DNA of 64,000 nt from Reclinomonas americana ATCC 50394 (Eukaryota): positions 106,281-170,280 of the forward strand of contig PS015063.1 of NCBI GenBank assembly GCA_048213135.1, read 5' to 3'. Position numbers and translations under genes: made by a program. The first letter of the stretch is position 1. Every line of letters starts with the position of its first letter. A model generated the notes under the pieces. It was not told the DNA's origin, did no database searches, and saw nothing but the letters and a program-made list of their open reading frames with translations. Below are positions 1 through 13,800 of the stretch, piece by piece.

Positions 1-2203
1 CCAGAACACGGCAAAGTACGTGAACAGCGATGCGGCGGTCTCGATGACACCAATCTGCAGGAACGCATTGCGCAGCAGCTTGCCGTCGACAAGCTTCTCG
101 TCATTGCGGCGCGTGTCGAGCGGATCGATGTTGCTCTGCTTCGGCGGCGGAGTATTGGCCTGACGAGCCAGACGCTGCGCGGGTGGCGAAGGGCCGGCAC
201 TGGCTTCCTCCGACACGCGGAACACATCAGCGCCAACAGCCTGCAGAGGGGTGCGGGTCGGAGGTTTCGGCGGGATTACACGACGGCGCGGGAACCTGAG
301 TGTGAGGGAAAAAAGAGGGAGATGCTGATGAATATGCAGGCGTATATACGCAACGTCGTCCCGCTCTCGTGAACGCAACTTGGTCATCAAATCGCCCTCA
401 GCCGGTTCGTACGCCAGTGAAAAGGCTGGCGACAATAACTTGTGAGCAAAAAGAAGAGAGTGTAGCAATGCGCTACGCGTCACGCTTGCTCACCAGGCAA
501 CAGCTCGGTACCCAGATCAGTGAACAGAATGAGCAGCGCAGACATGGGCAGCGGAATGCCAATCACAATGAACAGCAGGAACGGAATCACTTCCGGAATG
601 ATGTGCGTGAGCGTGTAGTTGATCGACTTTTTCAGGTTCTCAAAAATCAGACGCCCTACCGAACAACATCAATGACGATGAGTGCGACAAAGGAGAGCAA
701 GAGAGGCATGCTCAGTGACACCGCACCTTCTTGGACACCGACGGCGACTGTGGCAAAATTGTCATCCATCAAAATCATAGCGGCGGCCTCCTTGGACACA
801 TCACTGCCGGAGATGCCCATCGAGATGCCCAAATCAGCCTGCCTCAACGCAGGGGAGTCATTGACACCGCCGCCTGCAAGCTGACAGCGTGAGCTGCGAA
901 CGAGTGATATAATAGGACATTTCGTCAAGCTCCTCCTCACCAGTGACAGCGACGACGTGGCCCCATTCTTGGGCACGGCGCACGATTTCCAGCTTGTGCG
1001 CGGGTGATGTACTGTGGTGATTGAAGTGAGAAGCTGTGGAGAGAATACAGAAAGAGTGGACAAGCACCAACGACAACCTGACGCACAATATCTCCGCACA
1101 AAGAACGCCTCCAAGAAAGAAGAAGCGAGAGAGAGAAGGAAAAAAAGGAAAAGGAAAAGAAAAGGAGAAGAAGAAGTAGAAGCGAGAGAGAGAGAGACAT
1201 AGAGTGAGACAGACAGAGAGACAGAGAGAGAGATAGTGCAGGAGACCGAGAATCACACACATGAGCATAAACCTCTTTCCATTCACCTTCCCTTCTCCCT
1301 CACCCTTCTCTCTGCCATCTCCCTCTCCCTTTCTCCGGCAATCACTAACCGCGCAAAGATAACCTCCGCCTTGGACAAAATAGTGTACCACGTCCAATCT
1401 GTGAGCGAATCGATCTTGTCACCGTGAATGACGACGGCCTCGTAATCTTCTTCAGCCACTTGGTCCTCGGTGACTCCACGGATCATCGCCACGTCCTCAC
1501 GCTTGTGTCCACGGATAATGCCGACTTGGCGGCCAATGGCTTCGGCAGTGAGCGGATGATCACCCGTGACCATCATGACACGGATACCGGCGCGACGGCA
1601 CTGCAACGACACACAATTGAGTTACTGACACAATGGAGGCTGCGGTGAATGCAGGCATTGATACGTACCGTCTCAATGGCTTCTTGCACACCATGCTTCG
1701 GCGGATCCTGAGTGTTCGGCGAAAATGAGGACTCGGAATGCACACACACACACACACAGTCCATCTCTCTCCGCATCTCACCTCGAGGCCAATCATGCCA
1801 ACAAAGCAGTAGCCGTTCTCCGGGTAGTTTGGCGGCTCAATGGTGAATGTGTAGTCCGGCTGCGCCATTGGTCCGTGCAGCTCGAGGGTCGCAAAAGCGA
1901 GCACACGCTGACCCTTGCCAGCGATAGCCGTCAAGGCATCGTCGAATGCCTCAACAAAATCCTCGTTCACTGGTTGCAGGTTGCCGCCGAGGAAGAAGCT
2001 ACGCGAGCAGCGACGTAAAACTTGCTCGGGGGCGCCCTGAGAAGGGGAGAAGGGATGGTGAGGGAAGGGAAGGGATAAGAAGAGGGAGGGTGGGGAAGAG
2101 AGGGGAGGAAGGTGACAGAGGGGAAAGGAGAGTAGAGAACAGAGAGTGGGAGTGGGAATGAAACACAGGGAGTGAACCGGGCGGGCACTTGCGAGAGACA
2201 GAC

Positions 2204-2235
<32 letters not shown>

Positions 2236-5200
2236 GGCGAGCGAGAAAAGGGAGAGAAGAAGAAGAGGGAGGGTGGGGAGGGGAAATAGTAACACGATTG
2301 CTTTCTTGCGCACCTTGATGTACAACACACGACTACCGTCAGGGCGCTCGCAAACCACCACATGGGAGAGGTCGTAGGGGAAAGGCACTTCGAAAATCGT
2401 CTTCAAGCGATGCCCCACCTGCACCGACGCGAACAGGATGAGAAGCACGTACACGAAACACACNNNNNNNNNNNNNNNNNNNNNNNNNNNNNNNNNNNNN
2501 NNNNNNNNNNNNNNNNNNNNNNNNNNNNNNNNNNNNNNNNNNNNNNNNNNNNNNNNNNNNNNNNNNNNNNNNNNNNNNNNNNNNNNNNNNNNNNNNNNNN
2601 NNNNNNNNNNNNNNNNNNNNNNNNNNNNNNNNNNNNNGAGAGAGAGAGAGAGAGAGAGAGGGGGGAGGGAGGGAGAGAGCAAGCAAGAGAGAGAGAGAGA
2701 GACGAAAAGATGTCAGGGAATCAAAAGACTCATCTCCCTTCAAGAAACAAAGCGTAATCGCAATCCACATCCCTTCCAGCAAACTCACCGATTGCACACA
2801 GACGCCATGTCAAGTAGCATGGCCGCGGCTTGGCTCTCCGGCTCGAAAATGTTCACGTCTGGCGGAATCGGCAGTCCGGGAGGCACCACGCGGTACTGCG
2901 TGCCGTCGCACCAGCAGCTCACGACAGTCATGCGGTTTTGGGTCAGGGTTCCTGTGGAGGGGTCAGCACACAAGGGAATCACACACGATCTGGCTCATAC
3001 ACTGACCAGTCTTGTCGGACGCCAGCAGGGTCACCGTTCCTGCGATCGGCAACAGAAACGGTGAGAAGAAGGGCACTACGCTCATTCTCTTTTTCATGGT
3101 TTTCTGCAGGTGAACGACTCAGAAAAAGAAGAGTGAAAACGGGACGACTGAAAGGAAGCTCCCGGTCGTTTCTCACTCTGGAAACCAAAGCATACCAATC
3201 GGTAACTAACGAGACATGCACAAGTTTGTACTGCACGAAACCTACGTTTCGTCCACAGTAGTTGCAGGTCATCTCCCTTTCCCTCTATTTCTCTCATTGC
3301 AACATGCAACTCACCGAGGGTATCCACAGCATGCAAGTTCTTCACCAGCACGTTCTTGGCAGCCATGCGCTTGGCGGCAATGGTCAGCAGCAGCTGTAAC
3401 ACACTTGGTGAGCGGGTGTAACAGACGCGCACGACACACACGCAGCAGGGCCTCTCAACTGTCACGGTGGAAGGCAGTCCTTGCGGCACGCTGTTGCAGG
3501 GAGATCATGATAGTCAAACACGCTGTCTACCACACCCGCCAAGTGGGTGTGGAGCAAGAAACGCAACAAAGCGACGACAATTCCAATGGCAATGATGAAA
3601 TTCTGCGAGATCGAGTAGCCTGCGCGCGGATGCATATTGAGGTCACACTTCCATGCAAGATCTACCATCGTCATCAACGCACCGACAATGATGCCAATGA
3701 TGAAGAAAATGATGGCCACTGTGACGGCAATGATGCCGACGCGGATGACCAGGTGGTGAATTTCCTGCTCAGAACACCAATTCAGTGAACCGGTACCGAT
3801 CGGGGTGTGAGTGAGGCTGTACGAGTGACACACCTTCGATATGGGCGACGTGCGGTATCTCCTTCTCGACGCATACCCTGTCGAGGCAATCTGACCCAGC
3901 ACCGTGTTGTCTCCCGTGCGGATAACAATGCCTGCGACGGAGAAGTCAGTTTTGAGACAGCACAGACCGCTTCCGTGATCACAGAACCATCGGCCTCGCC
4001 ACGAAATACACTGGTGCCGTAGAACAGCAGATTGTTGGCCTCCAGAGGATTGATCTTGTCCGAAGTGATGACCGTCTTGTCCTTCAGGTATCCATTGCCA
4101 GTCAGCGACGATTCGTCGACCTGCTCATACACGGGAGTGAGTACACGGACAAGGACGACGGGAAGGAAACAGGCAAACGCGACCACACCATGACACCACG
4201 AACGGCACACACACGCATATCGGCGGGAATCTTGTCACCGCCACGCACGGTGACCACGTCGCCAACGACCAGGTTGGCGGCGGGCACACGACGAACTTGG
4301 CCGTTGCGGCACACCGTGGTCTCGGGCGGCAGCAGACTGGCGAAATCGGCAAAGATGCTGGCCGACTTGAGCTCTTGCACAAAGGCGATGGTGGCGTTCA
4401 TGATGACCGTGATGAAGAGCAGCGCGCCGAGAATGTACTGCGAAAGGGGAAGGGATGAGGTGGGGAAGGGATATGGTGGGGAAGGGATATGGTGGGAAAG
4501 GGATAAAGAGGGGAAGGGGAGAAGGGTGGAGGAGGAGAGGTGGAAGGAAGGTCAGGGGAAGAAGGATGAAGAGAAAGATCAAGAAGAGAGCAGCAGAGCG
4601 AGAGAAGAGAGAAGTCAGAAAAGACATGAGTTTTGTGGTGGAGAAGTAAAACTGGAAGAGGAAGAGAGGGAAGAGAAGAGAAGCGGGAAAGGGGAGAGAA
4701 AGGACCAGGAGTTGAAGCTCGCAAAGGGGCGAGAGCGGTAAAGGAAGAGAAAAGAGGAAGGAAAAGTGGGAAGCGGAAACCTAAGGACAGAAAGGGATTC
4801 AACATAGGAGCGAGTCGATGGAGAGGAGTAAGTGGGGCATGGAGACGGGAGGTAACAAGGAAAGGATTCCACAGATGAGCGAGATTTCGAGGTGGGAGAG
4901 GGAGGAGAGGAATAACTTGAAACGGGAGGCCACAAGAAGAGGATTCTGATAGGTATGGAGGAGCGAAGAGCAGAGAAGCGCAGAACAGAGGAAGCGACCT
5001 GGATGAAAACTCGGCACAGACACTTTAGTCAACTGGAGGATATGTACGCAACATTTTCAATCAGGGTCGGGTCCGCGATAACGAGCAAGAAGCTGATGAC
5101 GCCGACTGCCAACAGCAGGTACGCGAAAAAGTCGTGGAAGCACCGCAAGTACAGCACGCTGTGGTAGCGTGTGAGTCGCAAGTTGCTCAATTGCGCTCGC

Positions 5201-6432
5201 AATGTGACGCAACAAGGGATGAATCTTCTTGGGCGGCGTGACGCAGTTCGGGCCGTTAGTGGCCAAGCGGCGTGCCGCCTCCTCGTCCGACAGGCCTTGG
5301 TTCTCTCTGGGGTCGTGGGCGACACGAGTGCCGAGTTTCTCGGCGACCATGAGAACGGGGCTGAGGTGTTCTTGCTGTGGGAGGAGGAGGGTGAGAAAAG
5401 AGAAAGGGATGGGGGAAGAGGGGACAGGAGAGGGAAGGGGGAGGATAGAGAAATGAAACGGCGAGAAAACATCGGAATAACGCAGATGGTTCTTTGTCTC
5501 TTTCCTGTCCGTCAGTTGAGCCACTTCTACTCTTGTCCTCTCCCTCGCGGTCTCTGTCGTGGAATGTAAAGACAGTAGAAATAGAGAGGGTGACCTTCTC
5601 TCCGTTCCCTCTACGCCATGCTGCAAGCGAGCGGCAGCGGAGGAGCAGTAACACAGAGAATGAACGAAAGGTGAAATGGGGAAGCAAGCAAGTTTGGGAG
5701 ACACACTGGCACGACAGTGGGAAGACAGCAATTGGCAAGCACCGTGCAGGAGACGGGGAATGAGAGCACCAACACTGTGTTTGTGTGATAGAGAGAGAGA
5801 GCAAGGAAGAGGAAGAAAACAGGCTCTGAAATCGGGAAGTGTGAGAGAACGGCAACACACGATGAGGCAGATGTGTGTGTGTGTGCGAGAAAGAGGGGGT
5901 GGGTGGGGTGAGCCGAATAACAGCGTGAACAACAGGGAATAAAGAGACGATGCCCGCGGCTTGGAGAGGACTTTGCCTCCCATCTCCCACACTATACCAC
6001 TCCTAACGCAACAATACCGGCACACTTAGTGACCGTAGCACGCTCCTCCTCCGTCAGGCGCACCGGTGTAAGGCGCGACACCGAGTAGGGATCGAACTCA
6101 CGAAGCTCAAGAGGCAGCGCCTGGCGAATCTCATTGCTCTTGGTGGAAATGGTGGTGGTGGATACGGGCGACTGCGGAGTCGGGCGATCGCGACTCGAGT
6201 GGCCACCACTGAGCGCTGGCGATGAAGGACCTGCAGCAGGATCGGAAGAGGGTATCTCAATGTCCTTTGCAGGAATGCATGCGTGAGCAATCAACAATGT
6301 CAACAGTGACCATGTGTTAACTGAGAAACGCAACAATCGCTGTGACATCGACTGTGTGGTGAGAGCGCGCGTCGGTTCCGAGCAGCGACTGAGACCGCTC
6401 TTCTCGGCGTTTCGAGCCCGCAACAACATCAC
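1..6432 (-). CDS. P-type ATPase, subfamily IIC (Na+/K+- or H+/K+-ATPase alpha-like), multi-exon; 3' end runs out of the window, first exon not located
   Basis: Spliced exons give [145 protein letters not shown] and [23 protein letters not shown], matching the P2C motif order. Confidence 0.95.
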
Positions 6433-7288
6433 CTGTGAGAGTGAGTGAGAGAGGCGGACAAGAGAGTGGAGGCGGACACACACACTCGCCCTTCTCCACC
6501 ACCTCTCTTACACACAAGGAAAGAATGTGACTCGCCTCTCTATTGTCTCACCCAGCGCACACAGGCGCACACATCACATAGGAAGATATATATTGACATA
6601 TTTAGAGTGTGAGTGCACGTGGTTCACTTGCGTCTCTGTGCGCGTGCAAACAGCAAACAAGCACGCGAGAGAATATGAGCGAGTGCGCGCGTGCACAACG
6701 AAACGCGCGCGAACATGCACAATGGGCGGACTCTTTGGTGCGCAGTGATGGCTATATACCTTGACTCTCAGCCTCACCGCCTGCATGATCGCCACTGAGC
6801 ATTGCTGTGCAGTTAGTGCTGATATCGCCGTGTGGTTTCTCTGTGTCCTGTGCGCGCGAGAAAAACCAACGACGATTGTACAAGCAACAGCCGTCTTGAT
6901 GACCACAGCCGACCAGAATTGTCAACATAATCACCAGTCGTCTTCAAGGCAGTTGTTGGTTTTTTTGTGCGCTGTGTTACTTGGAGCGTCGAACAAGTCG
7001 AAATCGGCGATGTGAACTTGACGCACTTGCACACACGCTCAGTGTTTATCTGCGGTCGTACTCGGCACGTCTTGATCTTCGTGAACATGCCGAAGCAAAG
7101 CCGGGTCCGACGTCAAATCCATGTGCACGGTCGCGGTTTCTCGCTATAGCATTTGGAAACCTCGACATCTCTGCGGCTGATTGTAAATTTAAAAGACGTT
7201 GTACCACGTCCTTTGCATGCCCAGCCACCTTCACTCTCTGTTACGAGAAAAGCAGCAAGCACAGACATCACCAGCACCAGCACCCGCC

Positions 7289-8951
7289 TCACGGAGTGGT
7301 CGTCCGGATCTTCAGGCCAATGGCGTAGTTGAACGTGGTGATCTGGGTCGACGTGTTGCAGCGATCGTAGCTTCGCATCGCACTCCACACGAACGGCTGG
7401 GAGCTCGTGGCCGCAGCGCTCACGTCGTACACGCCGGCAAGTTGGGTCGAATTAATCAGCTTCTTGCTGATGTAGCCGACTGCCGACAAAAAGAGACCCT
7501 TCTCGTTATTCACTGTCGAGCAATAGATCGGCAGTGCTGTGTTGGAAAGAGGGGGCAGATCAGACATGTGCGCTTGTATAGAACACGCAGCAAACGAAGA
7601 GAAAACGAAACCAGTACGAGCGGGACCGGGAGAGTAGATAATCGAAAACCCGATGCCGCCACCGATCACACTCCAGCCCTCGTTGACGGGCACCGTGGTG
7701 CTGTAGAGCGGGTGTCGGTAGCCGATGTTTACCGGCGATCCCTGTTCGAAATATGTGACACGTGAGGTTGTCTGCAACTGGACCTGTTGCGGATTGCGGG
7801 GGCGCAAGCTGAGCGCGTACACCGTGGTGTCGCAGCTATACTGTAGCGATATAGCACACGCACACACACACAAACACACGAAAATTGGTTCAAAACGGTG
7901 ACTCAAAATGTACGGCAGACCACCACGAAGTCATCGCAACATAGCTAGCGCCGCCAGCGTGCAGGTTGATTCTTCCAATCCAGAACCCCGGCACCATCTC
8001 TTGGTTGCCTTGCATGAAAGGAGTGGACCCAATAACTGCGCAGGCCCGAATACCGACACCGGGCGTGGGCTCGCTGGAGATGCCTCCAGTGACCGTGACG
8101 CCCGCGTTGGCAGCGGGGTATGCGTAGTACTCATTCTGTGCGGAAGGTGGGTGGTGAGGAGAGGCAAGGGAGGGTATGCCTTTCGAGATCTGTGTCTTCA
8201 TCTCTTCCTCCTTCTCCTGCTCATCTTCTTCTTTCTGGAGGGAGACTCTCACCTGAATGTTCGAGGCGCTTCCCCGAGCGCTGACTACGGCGCTCTGGGT
8301 GAGAATCACGTCGTAGGGGCCAGTGGAGTCGAGAATAGCGTACGCATAGCACCGCAGGCGTACGGCACAGTTGACAGTGGTGTAATCCGCCTGCACAGAT
8401 AGGTGATGAGAGGGACGACAGCAACAACAGAGAGACACTCATCATCAAAGTGCGACTGACCACCGCCTTGCCGTACCAGCCGTAGAGGCCGGAGGCGGAA
8501 TCGAGGATCGGGCGAGTCGTGGTGATCAAGAAGCCCTTGGTGGTGTTGTTGTCACAAGCGACCCCTTGAGGAGGAGGAACGTTTATGGGGAAGTTCTCGA
8601 TGACGACTGAGCCACCGACGATTCTGTGTGTGTTGGGCACAGTGACCTTGCATTGGGCGACAGTGGCACTGAAGGGGAAGTTGTAGCCGGAGAACACAAT
8701 GACTTCGGGAGCGGTGAAGGTGACGCCTCCCGCACCAGCGGTGGTGGACGCCTCCGACAGTGTCTCCATGAAGTCGTACATCTGCAGAGGAGCAGGGTGA
8801 GAGAGAGAGGGGAAGGAGAAGAGAGGGAGAAGAGAGGGGAGAACGAAACCGGGCCCGTGTTGCTGTTCTCTCCGAGGTCGGCCTGCACCAGCAACAGTGT
8901 CGATGCCAGCAGCAGCGCAGCGATGGCTGCAATCACAAAGTTGACGCGCAT
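7289..8951 (-). CDS. Secreted hypothetical protein with three internal beta-rich repeats (multi-exon)
   Basis: Signal-peptide-like start MRVNFVIAAIAALLLASTLLLVQA. GC-rich exons are separated by GT-AG introns. The motif (V/I)(V/T/I)GG recurs (VPNTHRIVGGS, AGVTVTGGIS, VPVNEGWSVIGGG). Stop at 7289. Confidence 0.7.
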
Positions 8952-9726
8952 GGTGTTCTCTCTCTTGATGATGGAAGAATGAAAGAAATGTGCGATGATG
9001 GTTTTCGCGCGCGCGCGAACACTCATCATATTTCCGAGTCGAAAAAACGAACGCCACTTGCCCGTGTTGCAAGGGCTCTCTGAATAGTGTCGGCGGAAAC
9101 AGCATCGTCTGCATGCCGACAGTGCAGAGATGCACGGTGTGCGCTGGGCGCGAAAAATGCCCGTTACTATTGTTTCGCGCGCTCTGTCCACAGCGAATCT
9201 GAGGGGGAAAAGAGGGAGGAGGAAGGAGGAGAGAGGGAGGCGGAGAGGGCAGTGAGGAGAGAGGGAGAGGGAGTGGAGAGGAGAGAGGAGTGAGGGAGAC
9301 CAAAACGGTGCGGAAGAATCACAAAACCAAGACAGAAACCATCATCTTCTCACCTGTTCAGGGGACAGCGTGCACTTGATGGTGGTGGTGTGGTGGTGGA
9401 GGTGATGGTGGTGGTGGTGACAACCATTCGAAAACGATGGGGATGCTTGTCAAACCAATCTGACAGGAAACAGCAAGTTAGAGAGGAAAGGAGGCGAGGG
9501 ACAGGCACAGGAGTGAGACAGGGAACTCGCGGAGCAAACGGATGGAGAGCGGGAATCAGGGGCACTAAGAGTGAAGATGTCAGAGAAAGAGGACATAAGA
9601 GAGAGAGGGGGGGGGGGCAGATCTAGAGGAGAGCGAGCTGTCGGAAAAATGAGACAGAACTTGGATGAAGGGCAAGACAGAGCGGTGCTGATGTGACAAG
9701 GGTACAGAGGAGAGAGAGAGAGAGAG

Positions 9727-9904
<178 letters not shown>

Positions 9905-10865
9905 GAGAGAGAGAGAGNNNNNNNNNNNNNNNNNNNNNNNNNNNNNNNNNNNNNNNNNNNNNNNNNNNNNNNNNNNNNNNNNNNNNNNNNNNNNNNNNNN
10001 NNNNNNNNNNNNNNNNNNNNNNNNNNNNNNNNNNNNNNNNNNNNNNNNNNNNNNNNNNNNNNNNNNNNNNNNNNNNNNNNNNNNNNNNNNNNNNNNNNNN
10101 NNNNNNNNNNNNNNNNNNNNNNNNNNNNNNNNNNNNNNNNNNNNNNNNNNNNNNNNNNNNNNNNNNNNNNNNNNNNNNNNNNNNNNNNNNNNNNNNNNNN
10201 NNNNNNNNNNNNNNNNNNNNNNNNNNNNNNNNNNNNNNNNNNNNNNNNNNNNNNNNNNNNNNNNNNNNNNNNNNNNNNNNNNNNNNNNNNNNNNNNNNNN
10301 NNNNNNNNNNNNNNNNNNNNNNNNNNNNNNNNNNNNNNNNNNNNNNNNNNNNNNNNNNNNNNNNNNNNNNNNNNNNNNNNNNNNNNNNNNNNNNNNNNNN
10401 NNNNNNNNNNNNNNNNNNNNNNNNNNNNNNNNNNNNNNNNNNNNNNNNNNNNNNNNNNNNNNNNNNNNNNNNNNNNNNNNNNNNNNNNNNNNNNNNNNNN
10501 NNNNNNNNNNNNNNNNNNNNNNNNNNNNNNNNNNNNNNNNNNNNNNNNNNNNNNNNNNNNNNNNNNNNNNNNNNNNNNNNNNNNNNNNNNNNNNNNNNNN
10601 NNNNNNNNNNNNNNNNNNNNNNNNNNNNNNNNNNNNNNNNNNNNNNNNNNNNNNNNNNNNNNNNNNNNNNNNNNNNNNNNNNNNNNNNNNNNNNNNNNNN
10701 NNNNNNNNNNNNNNNNNNNNNNNNNNNNNNNNNNNNNNNNNNNNNNNNNNNNNNNNNNNNNNNNNNNNNNNNNNNNNNNNNNNNNNNNNNNNNNNNNNNN
10801 NNNNNNNNNNNNNNNNNNNNNNNNNNNNNNNNNNNNNNNNNNNNNNNNNNNNNNNGAGAGAGAGT

Positions 10866-10902
<37 letters not shown>

Positions 10903-11696
10903 GAGGAAAGGACTAAGGGTACAGAAGAGAACTTGGATGGGGGATGAGGAGGACTGGATACGGCGGTGAGACATGTGACAAGAGCACGGGAGAGAGCGGC
11001 CTGCCGGAGAAAAGGGAAAGAGAGCGATGATGCACAGGCCAGGTCACAATACAGGAGAGTTCACAATGGACATCAATGAAACGAGAACGGAAGCAAGGAA
11101 ATAACAGAGAGAAAGCATGCAGAAGAGAGAGAGAGAGAGGAGGGCTGTCGGAAAGAGGGAGAGAGCGACAATGCGCAGGGTACAATACAGGAGAGGGAAG
11201 GCATTCACGAACAGCAGGAGCAATGGAACGAGAGTGGAAACAACGACAGAAAGGAGAGCGATATCAAGAGGAAAGGACTGAGTGTACAGAAAAGCAGTAG
11301 GCATTCGAAAGAAACGGGCAGTGAGGGTGGTGCAAGAAAAAACGAGCAACCTATTGAAGAAGGACAACTCCAAATTACTGAGTGATAGAGAGAGCGAGGG
11401 TCTGGGCACAGGAGAGAAAGAGAGAAAGAGAGAGACCGAAGACGTAGGAGAAAGAGCACATGAGAGTGAAGGCATTCAGAACGAACCATGAATTACCGAG
11501 CAACGGAAAGATGGTGAGAAGGCGAGCGACAAAAACACACCAGAGAGAAAGTGACAGGGCGCTCTTGTTCTTCCAGGTTACGGATCAAAGTAAAGCAAGT
11601 GAAGACCAAGGGTACAGGAAAGCAAGACCGAGTCAGAGTGGACAGTGAACTACCTTGCAACACTCCGCAGCTTGCTGATATCGACACCGCACTCCA

Positions 11697-13800
11697 TCAC
11701 TTGCTCACGGTGGCCGGGTGCAACCATCCCGTCGTATCCGTTAATACGTTGTCGACATCGTCCAACGCCATCACCCGCATGAATGCCTCCATCATGGCCT
11801 CCATGCGCGACACCTCCGCGCGCCAGCACTCCCGATTGAAACGCTCCTGCACCGCCACCTCCGCCTGCGTGTCGTCCAACCCCGGCACCGGCAACGGCGG
11901 CAGTGCATCGTCAAACTCGACCTCTGTGGTATTCGCGTTCACCAGGCCGGCCAGCATCGTCTCCTGCGTGTGCATGTAGACCGGATCCGACGAGTCCCAC
12001 ACGCGCTCACCGCCCGGCACCAGCGCATCACCGTACACGGGGTCCTCGCGCGCCAGCTCCCACTGCCACTCGGCCATGGCGCTGCGTTGCCGCCAGGCCA
12101 TGGCCAGTGCGCCCTGTTCCTCAAACGACGGCGGCGCCACGGGGCGGTACCGCCCGATGCGCCGCGCTCGCATCTCGGCATACACCGAGCGCATGTACCG
12201 CGCGTCCTCCTCACTCTCGCGCTGCTGTTTTTCGCGCTGCTGCTGTTCTTGCGCCTTGCGCGTGGCCTCCTCGTCGACTGACGGCGGCAATTCCTGTGCC
12301 GCCGTCGTGGCGGCAGTGGCGGCGGCGGCTGGAGTTGGCGACGACGCCTGCCGGAGTGCGCGCAGCCGCTGCGCGAGAGATGACGACGACGAGGAGGAGG
12401 AGGAGGAGGAGGTGGAGCGCATACGCGGAGCCGCCCACGACGACGCTGTCGTCACGGCGGCGGCGTCGAAACTCGCCATCGGCACCGACGTTTGGAGCAC
12501 ACGCCGCCGAAACTGTCGCTGCTCACTCGTCTGCTGAAGCAGGCACGAAACGTAGGGCCACCGCTTGCCCGGCTCCTGCGTCCACACGTCGTCGGGCAGG
12601 CGATTGCGCAGTGCCGCGCGGTAATTGGCCTCGGTGCGAATGCGCTCGCGACGCACGGCGCCGTCAAAGTAGGCGCGGATGATGGGGCGTGCCAGTCGCC
12701 GAAAGGCCTTGGTGGCCAGGAAGAGCGACATTTGGGGGTCGCGGGTGAGCGCGCGGTCGGGAAAGATGGCCTGCAGGGCCACGTCGAAGGCCACGTTGTC
12801 CATGGCGAAGTAGCGTTCCTCGATGCGGCGCCAGTCGGTGAGGAGGTTGAGCGAGCGATCTGCCACAGAAGGGAAGGGTGGGGGGAAGGGGGATACAGGG
12901 GGAAGGGTGGGGGAAGGGGGGAAGGGGGTTAAGGAAAGGGAGAAGGGGGGAGAAGGGGGAAGGGGAAAAGGGGGAAGGGTGGGGAAAAGGTGGAGGAAGG
13001 AGACGGGCAAAGACGTGAAGCAAAGGGGATGAGGGAGAGAGAAGAAATGAGCGCCAGAAGAGGACTGGGAAAGGCGACGGGTGGGGAAAAGGTGGAGGAA
13101 GGAGACGGTGGGCAAGAGAGCAAAGATGTGAAGCAGAAGTGACACGGGAGAGGGAAAAACTGAGTGTCAGAAGAGGACTGGGAAAGGGGGATGGGTGGGG
13201 AAAAGGTGGAGGAAAGAGACGGGGGACAAGAGAGCAAAAATATGAAGCAGTGGTGATACGGGAGAGAGAAGAAATGAGCGTCGGAAGACGTCGGAGAGAG
13301 GACTGCATCACAGTGGGACTGCAAATAGCGCAGGAGCAACGGGAGGATGTGCACTCATGTGTACAGATAAGAGCAGCCAGAAGAAACAACGGGCATTCAA
13401 GAAGAAAAATGTGTCTTTCTGAGCGAATGAGTGATAAAACGACAAGGAAGAGAAACTGTCCACTCGCCTGCATATTCCCTTGCCGTGCATGCATTGACTT
13501 CTCAACTCGCGCAACTAACTAAGCCCCACAGAATCTCTCCCATCTCGCACACTCTTAACGCTCTCGTCAACGGAAGCGATGAAGACGGAAGTGGGATGAC
13601 GGGAAGGGAGAGAGGGGGAACGATGGAGGGGCACATACAGACTGCTGGATGCAGGGAACTATCCGTACCTCGAGAACTGGCCGCCGTTCGCCGACTGCGC
13701 ACGGTGCGCGCTCGTGTCTCCACGTCAGTGGAGATGGGGTCGCGCATGGCCAATTCTTGAATGGTGCGCACGAAGCTCTCCAGGGGAATGTCGACAAAGT
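11697..13800 (-). CDS. Hypothetical protein (large terminal exon ~11697-12860 plus upstream exon ~13670-13800); 5' end not located
   Basis: Long GC-rich ORF with coding-like codon usage (DRSLNLLTDWRRIEERYFAMDNVAF...HPATVSK*), preceded by a polypyrimidine tract and AG. No family recognised. Confidence 0.6.

Noticed and set aside
860-4110. RNA editing as an explanation of the ATPase motif changes
   Set aside because: Restoring TGES from ACT GGC AAT GGA needs several heterogeneous changes, and the other two motifs need G-to-A and C-to-G. No single known editing type fits.
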